Assembly (NCBI GenBank): GCA_963707985.1 | Contig: CAVPRW010000014.1 | Span: forward strand, 224,001 to 288,000 | DNA: 64,000 bases | Source: an uncultured Nitrospinota bacterium | Lineage (GTDB): Bacteria; Tectomicrobia; Entotheonellia; J063; CAVPRW01 | Reading direction: 5' to 3' | Part shown: positions 54,069 through 64,000 of the stretch, piece after piece | Numbering within the stretch: position 1 is the first letter of the stretch | Layout of the letters: every line of letters begins with the position of its first letter | The notes under the pieces: generated by a model | Databases searched by the model: none | Told to the model about the DNA's origin: nothing | Seen by the model: only the letters and a program-made list of their open reading frames with translations | Made by a program: the position numbers and the translations under genes

Positions 54069-55526
54069 TCAACGGCCCGGCGTCGCTGGGACGACAGACG
54101 AGCGAGCACGTGGTTCCTGGGCTGGACGCAAGGTCTGCATGAAGGCGACCACCGCCGTCACCTCGGCGGGCGTCAGGTTCTTGCCATACGCTGGCATGTT
54201 GCCACCCCCCTGGAGCACCTGACGGATGAGTTGATCCTGGGTGAGTCGAGTGCCCACCCCATCGAGTGCCGGGCCACGATGGCCCCCTTCGCCGCCGAGG
54301 CTGTGGCAATTGCGACATTGCTTGTTCTGAATGACCAGTGCTCCCTGCAGTTCTAGCGGCGTACGCCCCCGCACATAGGCTTCAGGCGTCGGCAGGGCGC
54401 TCCAGGCCTCCATCTCTGGGGACCAGCGTGCCGTGATCCCCAGACCGGCCAGCGTGACCACGGTCAACACGATCAGTATCACGCTCACCACCGCAACGGG
54501 CCGCCGTCTCCAGCTCTTCTCTCCGGTCCCAGCCAGGAATGGCAAGGCGAGGAGAAACACAATGGCCACAACGGGGCCAACCAGGATGACCGCCGTTTCG
54601 GTCCATGGCGGCAACAGCGCAAACAGCGCATACAGGGCTAGGAAGTAGAAGTCCGGCAGCGGCGCTGTATTGATCAGGGTGGGATCCGGCACCCCACGGG
54701 GGCCATGGGGCCCGAAAAGCGCAGCGCAGACGAGCACACCCACCGTGACAATAGCCATGCCGATCATATCCTTTTGCGCCGCGACCGGGAAAAATGGCAC
54801 GCCGTCACGCTGCACTTCAGCCTCGTAGCGCTGGCGATACGTGGTCCGATCGACCAGGCGGCCTGGCATTGGCCATTCGTTGATGCCCAGCCGTAGCACC
54901 AACCAGAGATGCAGGGCGACCAGGCCAATCAGCACCCCTGGGATCACAAACACATGCAGCGCGAAAAAGCGCGACAGCGTTCTGCCGGCGATGATCGGCC
55001 CCCCCAGGAGCAATGCGACCACTTGCGGTCCAATCAATGGCGCTCGGCCAGCGATGGCGGCGCCAATCCCCAGCCCCCAATAGGCATCCTGATCCCAGCG
55101 CAGGATCTGTCCGGTGAAGGCCATGCCCAAGGTTCCAAGCAAGAGGAACACGCCGATGATCCAGGTCAACTCACGCGGGTACTTGTAGGCACCGAAGAGG
55201 AAGACCTGAATCAGGTGCAGGGTCATCAGCAGCACCATGCCATTTGAACCCCAGAAGTGCATGGCACGGAGGTACCAGCCAAAAGGGGTTTGGTAGTTGA
55301 GGTATTCCAGCGTTTGGAAGGCCTGGTCTGCCGTGGGGACATAGACCAATGCCAGGCAAATGCCGGTGACGATCTGCAGGACGAAGAGGACGAGGGTGGC
55401 GCTACCGAAGACGTACCACCAGCTGGCGGTCGTGCGCGGCACCGGATGGGCGATCATCGGCTCAAGGGTAGCTCGCGCACCCAGGCGCTGGTCGAACCAG
55501 TTGGCTATGGCAGAGATGAGGCGCAT
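54069..55526 (-). CDS. qcrB: Cytochrome b (b6 + subunit IV-like) fused to a C-terminal cytochrome c
   Basis: WYVFGS, RAMHFWGS, LHLIQV, PRELTW, RFFALHVF, ALHL, Qo motif PDFY and CRNCH..MP. Confidence 0.93.
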   Translation of the reverse strand: MRLISAIANWFDQRLGARATLEPMIAHPVPRTTASWWYVFGSATLVLFVLQIVTGICLALVYVPTADQAFQTLEYLNYQTPFGWYLRAMHFWGSNGMVLLMTLHLIQVFLFGAYKYPRELTWIIGVFLLLGTLGMAFTGQILRWDQDAYWGLGIGAAIAGRAPLIGPQVVALLLGGPIIAGRTLSRFFALHVFVIPGVLIGLVALHLWLVLRLGINEWPMPGRLVDRTTYRQRYEAEVQRDGVPFFPVAAQKDMIGMAIVTVGVLVCAALFGPHGPRGVPDPTLINTAPLPDFYFLALYALFALLPPWTETAVILVGPVVAIVFLLALPFLAGTGEKSWRRRPVAVVSVILIVLTVVTLAGLGITARWSPEMEAWSALPTPEAYVRGRTPLELQGALVIQNKQCRNCHSLGGEGGHRGPALDGVGTRLTQDQLIRQVLQGGGNMPAYGKNLTPAEVTAVVAFMQTLRPAQEPRARSSVVPATPGR

Positions 55527-55539
55527 CGTCGTCCTCGTT

Positions 55540-56070
55540 TCACACGGGTTCGGAGAGCGTCGGAATCTGGCCGCCCTGGACCCAGAGCTGGCCATCGCGG
55601 ATCTGGTAGTCATACTCGTACAAGCCACGCGGTGGCGGTCCAGAGGCATGGGAGCCATCCTCATAGTACACCCCGCCATGGCAGGGACACATAAACAACC
55701 GTGAGGGTGCGAACCAGCGCACCGGGCAGCCGAGATGCGTGCAGTTGATGGCAAACACCTGGAACTGCTCGCCCTCGAGTCGTCGGACCCAGCAGGCGAT
55801 GTGTGCCGTCGGTCCATCCCAGGCGACGCGGAAGGGATTTTCATAGGTGGCCAGTCGGGTTTCCCCGGTAGGAAAACGCTCAATCGGGCCGAGCAGAATC
55901 CAGGATTGCGCCGCGCGGCGACGGATGGGCCCCAGGAGATAGCCGAGCACCGGGATGGCCACTAGCAGAGCCACCACAGCGTTCAGTGCCAGTCCAAGCA
56001 TCAGTAGGAACCTGCGACGGGTCGGTGGCCCCCCCCGCACCACTTCTCCACGCCTATCGTCTTGTGCCAT
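55540..56070 (-). CDS. qcrA: Rieske iron-sulfur protein
   Basis: Tat motif TRRRFL, CTHLGC and CPCHGG. Confidence 0.95.
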   Translation of the reverse strand: MAQDDRRGEVVRGGPPTRRRFLLMLGLALNAVVALLVAIPVLGYLLGPIRRRAAQSWILLGPIERFPTGETRLATYENPFRVAWDGPTAHIACWVRRLEGEQFQVFAINCTHLGCPVRWFAPSRLFMCPCHGGVYYEDGSHASGPPPRGLYEYDYQIRDGQLWVQGGQIPTLSEPV

Positions 56071-56105
56071 CAGATGATCTCCTCACTTCTGCAAGCGCGT
56101 GTGGC

Positions 56106-56852
56106 TCATTCTCCCTCTCTGCTGCCCAACCGTCCCACCACCGGCTGACGTTGCGACACGAGCCAGGCCACCACGTCGGAAATCTGCTGTGCCGTCAGCG
56201 GTTGACCTGGGATGTAGGAGCGCCAGTCAGGCATCCCGAGGTCCAGTCGGCCGGCAATCACCGCCGTCCGCAAGGCTTGATCGCTCACTAGGGCTAGATA
56301 GGCCGTGTCCACAACCGATCCCCCCTTCGTCCCCCCCTTGCCGTCGCCCCCATGACAGCTTGCACAGGCCTCGGTATACACCTTCAAGCCTCGCTCGGGA
56401 TCCCCGGCGTGTGAGGCACTCATGGCCCCCGCCGTGGCAGCGTATGGCGGCAATGGGACATCGGGAGACGGTGAGGGACGACTCCAATGCTTGAGCATCT
56501 CATGGACCAGGGCATCGACTTGTGCCTCTGTCAGCGGTCCGCCGGCAGCAAGGGCAAACCCGGGCATGGCAGTACCCGCCACGCCTTGAGCGGTGATCAT
56601 GCGCAGCCGATCTGGCGGGACAAGAGCTAGATAGATGGCATCATTCAGCGGTCGCGCGGCCCCGAGGCGCCCATCCGCGCCGTGGCACCCAGCACAGGAT
56701 TGGCCATAGAGCTCGGCGAAGCCCATCACCTGGGACGGTAAGGTCGGCTGATCGGCCGGGCGGGGTCGGCCAGGCATGGCATCGCAGCCCATCAGGAGAA
56801 GAAGCGCTATGGGCATGGCAGCGATGACAAAGGTGGCGCAGCGTCGGCTCAT
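56106..56852 (-). CDS. Di-heme c-type cytochrome lipoprotein
   Basis: Lipobox LMGC, CAGCH..AMP and CASCH..GMP. Confidence 0.9.
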   Translation of the reverse strand: MSRRCATFVIAAMPIALLLLMGCDAMPGRPRPADQPTLPSQVMGFAELYGQSCAGCHGADGRLGAARPLNDAIYLALVPPDRLRMITAQGVAGTAMPGFALAAGGPLTEAQVDALVHEMLKHWSRPSPSPDVPLPPYAATAGAMSASHAGDPERGLKVYTEACASCHGGDGKGGTKGGSVVDTAYLALVSDQALRTAVIAGRLDLGMPDWRSYIPGQPLTAQQISDVVAWLVSQRQPVVGRLGSREGE

Positions 56853-57706
56853 CGATCGCGCTCCCGTTCTCGGTCCATGCCTGTAGCCTCCACACCTGCG
56901 CGTGCCGCCAGCGGCCAGGTCTGCATCGTGGCAACCGGCACCGCCCGTGAGATCATGAACCCGGCGACCAGCCCGAAGGCAATCTGCGAGGCAATAAACC
57001 ACGGCCAATCGATGCGCGCATTGAGAACCGGATTGACCACCCCGAGCATGGCCCAGATCAGACCAGTCCATAGGAGGGGCGCGATCATACCGCCCCACAG
57101 CATGTGGCGCCGCGGCAGCATGGGGAGCATGACCGCATAAAGCAAGCCCGTCAGCACGGAGATCACGCCATGGGCGAGCACCGCGATGATCAACGCCAGC
57201 AGGTTGAAGGCGCGGAGTTGCTCACCACTGAGCTGCGCCATGCCAGGAATAGCGATGCCAGCCAGGAGATTGATCGGATACCACCAACTCCCTTGCGCGA
57301 GCATCCCGTAGAGTAGCGCCACCCCCGCCATGGCGATGCCTCCGACAAGACCCCCGATGACCCCAGCCGAGTATGGCTGGACCTCTACAGGCACCCGCAC
57401 CCGATGGCCTGCCTCCCCAATGGTGAGATGGTCCACCGTGGCGTGAGACGGCAGGACCGGTCTGGCACGCTCGCCAGGGGGGGGGAGAGAGACATATTCG
57501 ACCCGTGCCCGCGGCAGAACATCTTTCCACCAGCCGATGGCAGCAATCAATCCCAGCAGTATACCAACGGCGCTCACGATCACATGCGTCACCAGGCCCG
57601 CGCTCAGCATGGTCACCCCGAGGGCTGCGACCATGGGCCATACGGTCGGAGCCGGCATCTCGATGCTATCCGACTCTCGGCTCTCCAGTCCCTGTGCTGG
57701 ATGCAT
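56849..57706 (-). CDS. Multi-TM membrane protein; N-terminus resembles oxidase subunit IV/III-N segments
   Basis: IEMPAPTVWP, about six hydrophobic helices, embedded in the oxidase operon with an ATGA overlap. Confidence 0.75.
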   Translation of the reverse strand: MHPAQGLESRESDSIEMPAPTVWPMVAALGVTMLSAGLVTHVIVSAVGILLGLIAAIGWWKDVLPRARVEYVSLPPPGERARPVLPSHATVDHLTIGEAGHRVRVPVEVQPYSAGVIGGLVGGIAMAGVALLYGMLAQGSWWYPINLLAGIAIPGMAQLSGEQLRAFNLLALIIAVLAHGVISVLTGLLYAVMLPMLPRRHMLWGGMIAPLLWTGLIWAMLGVVNPVLNARIDWPWFIASQIAFGLVAGFMISRAVPVATMQTWPLAARAGVEATGMDRERERDR

Positions 57707-57722
57707 GTCACCTCCCTCCATC

Positions 57723-58316
57723 TCACCGACCGACGATGTAGACCACCGTCAATACCACGATCCACACGCCATCGACAAAATGCCAGTACCAGGAGACCAG
57801 CTCCGCCCGCTCCGCATGCACCGGCTGCAAGTCGCCTGACCAAACGAACACGGTGAGCAACGTGAGCATGACCACACCGATAGCGACGTGAAACGCATGG
57901 AGCCCCACCAGCGCGTAAAAAGTCGTGCCGAAGAGGTTCGTGCCGATCGTCAGCCCATGATCGATAATGAGTCGGTACCATTCCTTCGCTGTACCCGCCA
58001 GGAACACGATGCCCAGCAAGGCGGTCACCGGCAACCACGTCCCAACCCATCGCCGGTCGCCTTGTCGCAGCGCGTGTACTGCGAGCCCAACCGTCACACT
58101 GCTCGCCAGGAGGCACAGGGTGTTGAAGATCGGCACCTCCAACACATCCTTCGGGTAGGGGCCATTCAGGCTCTTCCCAAGGTAGAATAGATAGGCGACG
58201 ACGAAGATACCTAGCAGCGACGCTTCTGCCATGATGAGACCGATCATACCGGCGCGTCCGCGCGACCATTGACTCCAGTCCCCTGACGCAGATTCACGGT
58301 TCAACATGGATGGCAT
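57723..58316 (-). CDS. ctaE: Cytochrome c oxidase subunit III
   Basis: AEASL, NTLCLLASS, FYALVGLHAFHV and WYWHFVDGVW. Confidence 0.93.
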   Translation of the reverse strand: MPSMLNRESASGDWSQWSRGRAGMIGLIMAEASLLGIFVVAYLFYLGKSLNGPYPKDVLEVPIFNTLCLLASSVTVGLAVHALRQGDRRWVGTWLPVTALLGIVFLAGTAKEWYRLIIDHGLTIGTNLFGTTFYALVGLHAFHVAIGVVMLTLLTVFVWSGDLQPVHAERAELVSWYWHFVDGVWIVVLTVVYIVGR

Positions 58317-58326
58317 ACGTATCCCT

Positions 58327-60008
58327 TTATTCGTGCAGCCAATCCGGGTCACCTGGATGCTTGAGGTCCCACAGTGGCCGCCGGCTCTTGACCGCGGGAA
58401 TCGTCTCGAAGTTGTAGGCGGGAGGTGGAGACGTCGTCGACCACTCAAGTGTCCAGGCATCCCATGGGTCGTTCCCGGCCGGTGTGCCCCGTCGCAGCGA
58501 GACAATCACATTGACTAGGAATACGATGAGTGCCGCGGCCTGTATGGGCACGCCGAGTGTGGCAACGAGGTTCCACACATCCCAACCGCGGTCAGCCGGA
58601 TAGGTATAAATGCGCCGCGGCATGCCGAGGACGCCAGCGAAATGCAGGGGGATAAAGGTCAGATTAAAGCCGATGACGAAGAGCCAGAAATGCCAGCGGC
58701 CCAGTCTATCGCTCAACATCCGTCCCGTGGCTTTCGGAAACCAATAGTAGATTGCCGCGAAAATGGTGAACACCAGGGCACCAATCAGGACGAAATGGAA
58801 ATGCGCCACCACGAAGTAGGAGTCGCTCAGCTGCCAGTCGAAGGGGGCAACCGCCAGCATGATTCCAGTTAGTCCTGCACACAAAAACTGGAAGAGGAAG
58901 GCCAGACAAAAGAGCATCGGTATCTCAAAGCGGATGCGCCCACCGTAAATCGTCCCCAACCAGTTGAAGATCTTGACCCCTGTAGGCACGGCCACCACCA
59001 TCGTGGAGGCTGCGAAAAAGGCATTCGGCATGCTTCCCATCCCCACCACGAACATATGATGGGCCCAGACGCCCATGGAGACCACCCCGATACCGATCGT
59101 GGCCGCCACCATCATCGGATAGCCGAAGATCACTTTGCGCGAAAACACGGGGATGATCTCCGAGGCAAACGCGAAGCCCGGCACCATCAAGACGTACACC
59201 TCGGGGTGACCGAAGAACCAGAAGAAGTGTTGCCAGAGAACAGCCGACCCACCGGCCTGGGTATCGAAAAAGTGTGAGCCTAAAAAACGATCGAGTAGGA
59301 GCATGATTTGGGCGGCGGACAACGGAGGGAGGATGATCAAGGTCATGCCGGACACTACCAGGAGCATCCACACGTAGAGGGGCATGCGCCCGAGCGTCAT
59401 GCCGGGACACCGCATGGTCAGGATGGTGGCGACCAGGTTCACGCTCGTCGCGATGGTTCCCACGCCACTGACCAGGATGGCTAGATTCCAATAATCAGTG
59501 CTGTTACCCCGGGAGAAGGCGCGACCCGTCAGCGGTGAGTAGGCAAACCAACCGACATCTGGCGCCGAGCCGGCGCCATACAGACCATCACCGGCGAGAT
59601 AACTGAAGTACAGGAGCAGGCCGCTGAAGAGCAAAAGCCAGAACCCAAAGGCGTTCAGCCGCGGGAAAGCGAGGTCGCGCGTACCGATCATCAATGGCAC
59701 CAGGTAATTGGCGAAGCCGAACACGATCGGAATGCCAACGAAGAACACCATAGTCGTGCCGTGCATGGTGAACAGACGGTTGAAGACTTGCGGCGACAGC
59801 ATGGTGTTCTCTGGAAAAGCCAGCTGTAAGCGCATCAAGGTGGCTGCAATACCGGCCACCAGGAGAAAGATGAGACCGACGCCGACGTACATGATTCCCA
59901 GACGCTTGTGGTCGACGGTCACGACCCATTCGTGCAACTTGGCCAGGATGGGCACCTGGACTGGTGCAGCCTCGTAGCGCGGTTGAGTGTGTCAGAGATG
60001 CCGTTCAT
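58327..60008 (-). CDS. ctaD: Cytochrome c oxidase subunit I (A1 type); likely ATG 60008 is out of frame by one indel, in-frame GTG at 59955
   Basis: DHKRLG, TMHGTTM, DLAFPRLN, FGHPEVY, WAHHMF, PTGVK, VAHFHF and GMPRR. Confidence 0.97.
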
Positions 60009-60025
60009 GGTGTCCCTTCCCCAGG

Positions 60026-61087
60026 CTAGCGTAGCGTTAGCAGGTACGTCACCAGCTGGTCCAGGTCGTTGCGTGACAGTTTCATCGCCGGCATGCGTGC
60101 CCCAGGTTTGAGGGTGTCAGGATCGTTGATCCAGGCACGCAGGTTTTCCGGTGTGTTCTTGGCTACCCCTGCTGCCAGGGTTGCACGACTCATCAGATGC
60201 GTCAGATCGGGCCCGAACAGACCATTGGCGGGCGTGCCGCGGACGGTATGACAGTTGATACAGGCCACAGACTGAAAGATCTCGCGCCCGTGGCGTACCC
60301 CTGGGTCGTCGATGGCCGGTGCCTGCTGCATAGTGATCCATTGCGTAAACTCATCCCTGGGATGCACAATCACGCGCAACAGCATGCCGGCGTGCTGAAG
60401 ACCGCAATACTCGGCACACTGGCCGACGTAAAGTCCCGGTGTGTGCGGATCGATCCACACGCGGTTGGTTTTGTTGGGGATGACGTCCATCTTGCCGGCC
60501 AATTGGGGCACCCAAAAACTATGAATCACGTCAGCCGACTCCAAGGTGAGGAAGATCGGTGTGGGGTTTACCGGATCGCTCGCCGGCACATGCAGTTCGT
60601 TGGCGGTGATGATCCCGAGCTGTGGGTAGCGAATCTCCCACCACCATTGATGGCCGACGACAGTGACGTTGAGGGTACTCGGTGTCGCTTGGAGGCCCTC
60701 AATGCCGAAGATATAGCGGGCCGTGGCCAGGAACAGGATGACCACAATCAGAACGGGCACGACCGTCCAGGCCAGTTCGATCTGGTTGCTGCCATAGATC
60801 TGCGGCGGTTCACGGCCCTCATCCCCTCCGCGACGCCGGAAGCGGACCAGGCTGTAGGCGAGCAACCCACCGACGACGACGAAGATGACGGCACAAATAC
60901 CCAGGACAAAATACGATAAGTCGCGGATGCCAAACGCTGGCGTGGAGACCGGGGCAAAGATACTGGGAGTCGACACTGGTCCATCATGACTAAGTGACTC
61001 CGTCGCGCCGACAGCGCTGGAAACTAGCGCCAGCAGACTGATGAGGGTCGCCATCGAGATCGCGCCCGCGACAGCCCAGAACCTCAT
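60026..61087 (-). CDS. ctaC: Cytochrome c oxidase subunit II with fused cytochrome c (caa3 type)
   Basis: IELAWT, GHQWWW, CuA ligands DVIHSFW..CAEYCGLQHAGM and CINCH..KPGARMP. Start uncertain. Confidence 0.95.
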   Translation of the reverse strand: MRFWAVAGAISMATLISLLALVSSAVGATESLSHDGPVSTPSIFAPVSTPAFGIRDLSYFVLGICAVIFVVVGGLLAYSLVRFRRRGGDEGREPPQIYGSNQIELAWTVVPVLIVVILFLATARYIFGIEGLQATPSTLNVTVVGHQWWWEIRYPQLGIITANELHVPASDPVNPTPIFLTLESADVIHSFWVPQLAGKMDVIPNKTNRVWIDPHTPGLYVGQCAEYCGLQHAGMLLRVIVHPRDEFTQWITMQQAPAIDDPGVRHGREIFQSVACINCHTVRGTPANGLFGPDLTHLMSRATLAAGVAKNTPENLRAWINDPDTLKPGARMPAMKLSRNDLDQLVTYLLTLR

Positions 61088-61172
61088 GGGTTGGGGCCAA
61101 TTGGCCACCCTCCGTGGCACCTCCTCGATGGATCGTGATGTGTGCTCCACCTCTGGTCTCCTCCTGCTTCGC

Positions 61173-63873
61173 CTATCGAGGTCCCTGGTGGTCTGTGGTG
61201 GCATCTTCGCCCATGCCAATCAAGATCTCGGCGATTAACCCGGTCCAGCCGGTTTGGTGGCTGGCACCACAGCCACGGCCGGTGTCACCGTGGAAGTACT
61301 CATGGAAGGGGAGCAGATCGCGCCAGTGGGGATCGTTGTTGAACAGCTGGCAGGATCCGAAAACAGGTCGCTTGCCCTCCTGGTTGACTAGGAAAATGCG
61401 CGCCAGGCGCCGCGTCAGTTCTGCGGCGACCTGGCCCAGGGTTTTCATCTGGCCTGAGCCCTTTGGGCACTCGACCTGGAACGTGTCGCCATAATAGAGA
61501 TGGTACTGCTTCAGCGCGTGCAGGATGAGCAAGTTGACTGGCATCCAAATGGGCCCACGCCAATTGGAGTTCCCGCCAAAGAGGTTGGTCGTGGACTCGC
61601 CCGGCTCATAGTCCAACCGATACTCCTGCCCATCCAGGATGAGCACCAACGGATGATCCCGATGATAGCGTGAGACCGACCGTACACCATATGGCGACAG
61701 GAACTCGTCTTCGTCCAGCATGTACGCCAACATGCGCCGCAACTGGTCCGTTCGCACCAGGCCCAGGATGACAGTGTCGTTGACGCCGGGAACAACCATC
61801 GGCTCCACACTGTCGATCAGGTCCGGCCGGTGCTGGATGAACCACTCGCGGCGGCGCTGGAAATCCGGGTAGCGAGCGAAGGTATCGGCCGGCACTGTTG
61901 AGGCACCAAACATGGGCACGAAGCCGACCATGGTGCGCGCGCGCACAGGAAAACGCCCGTGCTCGGGCGAGAACAGATCGGTCGTAGAAGAACCCATCTT
62001 CCTCATCCCAGAGCGACTGCTGCGCCTCGTGCCGGCTGTTCATGGCGTTGGCGATGTATATGTAGTGCTCCCAGAACTTACTGGCGATCCCCTCATACAC
62101 AGGGTTGCGTTCGGCCAGCAGCAGCGCCGTTGACAACATGCTCTTGGCAAAAGAAGCCATCCAACTCGTGCCGTCGGCCTGCCCGAGCAGGTATCCAGGC
62201 GGGAGATGGTCGCGATCGAAGGCACCGATGTTGTCCATGCCCAGGAAGCCGGCCTGGAAGATGTTCTTACCTTGCGCGTCTTTGCGGTTGACCCACCAGG
62301 TGAAGTTAAGCAGCAACTTCTGGAACACGTGCTCCATGAAGCCATAGTCGGCCACACCCGTGTTCCGGCGCTCGATCTCAAAGATGGCTCTTGCGGCCAA
62401 AGCTAGAATTGGTGGATTGACGTCATTGAAATCCCATTCATAGGCCGGAACCTGCCCGTTGGGGTGGGTGTACCACTCGCGCAGCATCAGGATGATCTGA
62501 TCCTTGGCGAACTGCGGGTCGATGTGCGCCAGGGTGATGCCATGGAACCCCAGATCCCAGGATGCGAACCACGGGAATTCCCACTTATCGGGTATCGAGA
62601 GCACGTCGCGCGTAAACAGGTGCGTCCACTCGTGGTTACGCCCTTCCCAGCGTTGGGGTGGCGGAGCCGGCTGAGCGGGGTCGCCCTCCAGCCAGTCCGT
62701 GATCACATAGTGGTAATACTGCTTCGACCATAGCATGCCGGCGAAGGCTTGCCGGGCGACCAGCTTAGCGTCCGCTGAGAGCGTCGACGGCAGCACGACA
62801 CGGTAGAACTCATCCGCCTCCTCTTGACGCTGCCGCAGCAGCGCATCGAAATCGGCGAAGGGTGCCTCGAGCGGATGCTCGTCACGCATCGATGCCAGCC
62901 GCAGGTCGAGGGTGAGGGTTTCCCCAGCACTGATGCTACAGCGATACCACGCAGCAGCTTTCGTGCCGCTGGCGGCCGGGTTCACGGCTGTATGCCTGCC
63001 ATGCACCACACAGGCATGGAAGGCATCCTTGACGTAGGGCGTCAGAGATGGAACCCCGTACAATCGTTCGTTGTTGGTCTCATTCTCGGTAAACAGCCAC
63101 TCATGAGCCTCGGAGCCGTAGAGGATGTATTCGCCCAACTCCCAGTGCCTGGCGATGACGGAATTTATCCGGCTTTGTGGGCGATCCGGCCCCACCCCTG
63201 CGGCAATCGACGGTCGCCGCTCATCGCGTCCCCAACTCCAGGTATTGCGGAACCACAGCGTCGGTAGCACATGCAGCAGTGCCGCCTCGGGGCCACGATT
63301 ACTGATGCTGATGCGGATGAGAACGTCTTCCGCCTGGAGCTTGGCATATTCCACCCCCACGTCGAAATAGCGTCCCTCGTCGAAGACACCGGTGTCGACC
63401 AGCTCATACTCCATCTGGAGCCTGCTCCGCTGCCGATTCTCTGCGAGCAACTGATCGTAGGGGTATGCAGCCTGCGGGTACTTGTAGAGATACTTCATAT
63501 ACGCATGGGTCGGCGTATTGTCCAGATAGTAGTAATACTCTTTGACGTCCTCGCCGTGGTTGCCCTCGCCGCTGGTCAGGCCGAACAGCCGCTCCTTGAG
63601 GATGGGATCCCGGCCGTTCCAAAGCGCCAGGGCAAAACACAGATATTGGTGCCGGTCGCAGATGCCCGCAAGACCATCCTCGTTCCAACGATAGGCCCGC
63701 GAACGGGCGTGATCGTGCGGGAAGTAGTGCCAGGCATCACCGTCAGCACTGTAGTCCTCACGCACCGTACCCCATGCACGCTCCGAGAGGAATGGCCCCC
63801 AACGGTTCCAGTGGCCCTTCCGCTGTTGATTCATGATCAGGCGCACGCCTTCGCGTGTCTCATAGATGTTCAT
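61173..63873 (-). CDS. MGH1/GH63-like glucosidase; 1-nt frameshift at about 61978
   Basis: [52 protein letters not shown] and GASHQTGWT. Confidence 0.9.
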
Positions 63874-63920
63874 GTGCAGGTGATTGGTCGAGCCGCATGA
63901 CGGTGTGGGGGGATCACTGC

Positions 63921-64000
63921 TTACCTCTCCTGAGCTAGTTGTCCAGGTCCCCGGAGCGTGGTGGCAATCGCCTCGAGCAGGGCTCCCTCTTCGCCAGACA
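63921..64000 (-). CDS. Possible 3' end of an upstream gene
   Basis: An open frame SGEEGALLEAIATTLRGPGQLAQER* runs in from the window edge. Confidence 0.3.
   Translation of the reverse strand, partial: SGEEGALLEAIATTLRGPGQLAQER

Overview
A bacterial window of roughly 60% GC (estimated by eye) with two parts. Bases 1-31.2 kb are mostly housekeeping genes: 5'-truncated pnp, ftsK, two PLP aminotransferases, a REC-GGDEF diguanylate cyclase, a LysM/M23 peptidase, HU, murD, glyQS, rlmN-coaD, an FGE-domain protein, an OmpA with a 20-proline linker, and a PIG-L deacetylase followed by three tandem moeA paralogues. An IS630 element just after the last moeA marks the start of a decayed accessory region (31.2-51 kb). 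This region holds a Uma2 gene between diverged 88-bp direct repeats and a deletion-collapsed DUF1254/DUF1214-arylsulfatase-HAD-glucosidase-amylase island. It also holds an 8.8-kb segment bounded by a 76-bp inverted repeat, which is one of three copies of a leader element ending at an 'M-Y-P' HTH start. The last 12 kb are a minus-strand operon encoding a GH63-like glucosidase, a caa3-type oxidase, a Rieske/cytochrome b complex, CtaG and NDH-2. Many otherwise intact genes carry single-base indels that may be assembly errors. I found no tRNA, rRNA, CRISPR array or reverse transcriptase. All family assignments come from motif recognition by eye, not from database searches.
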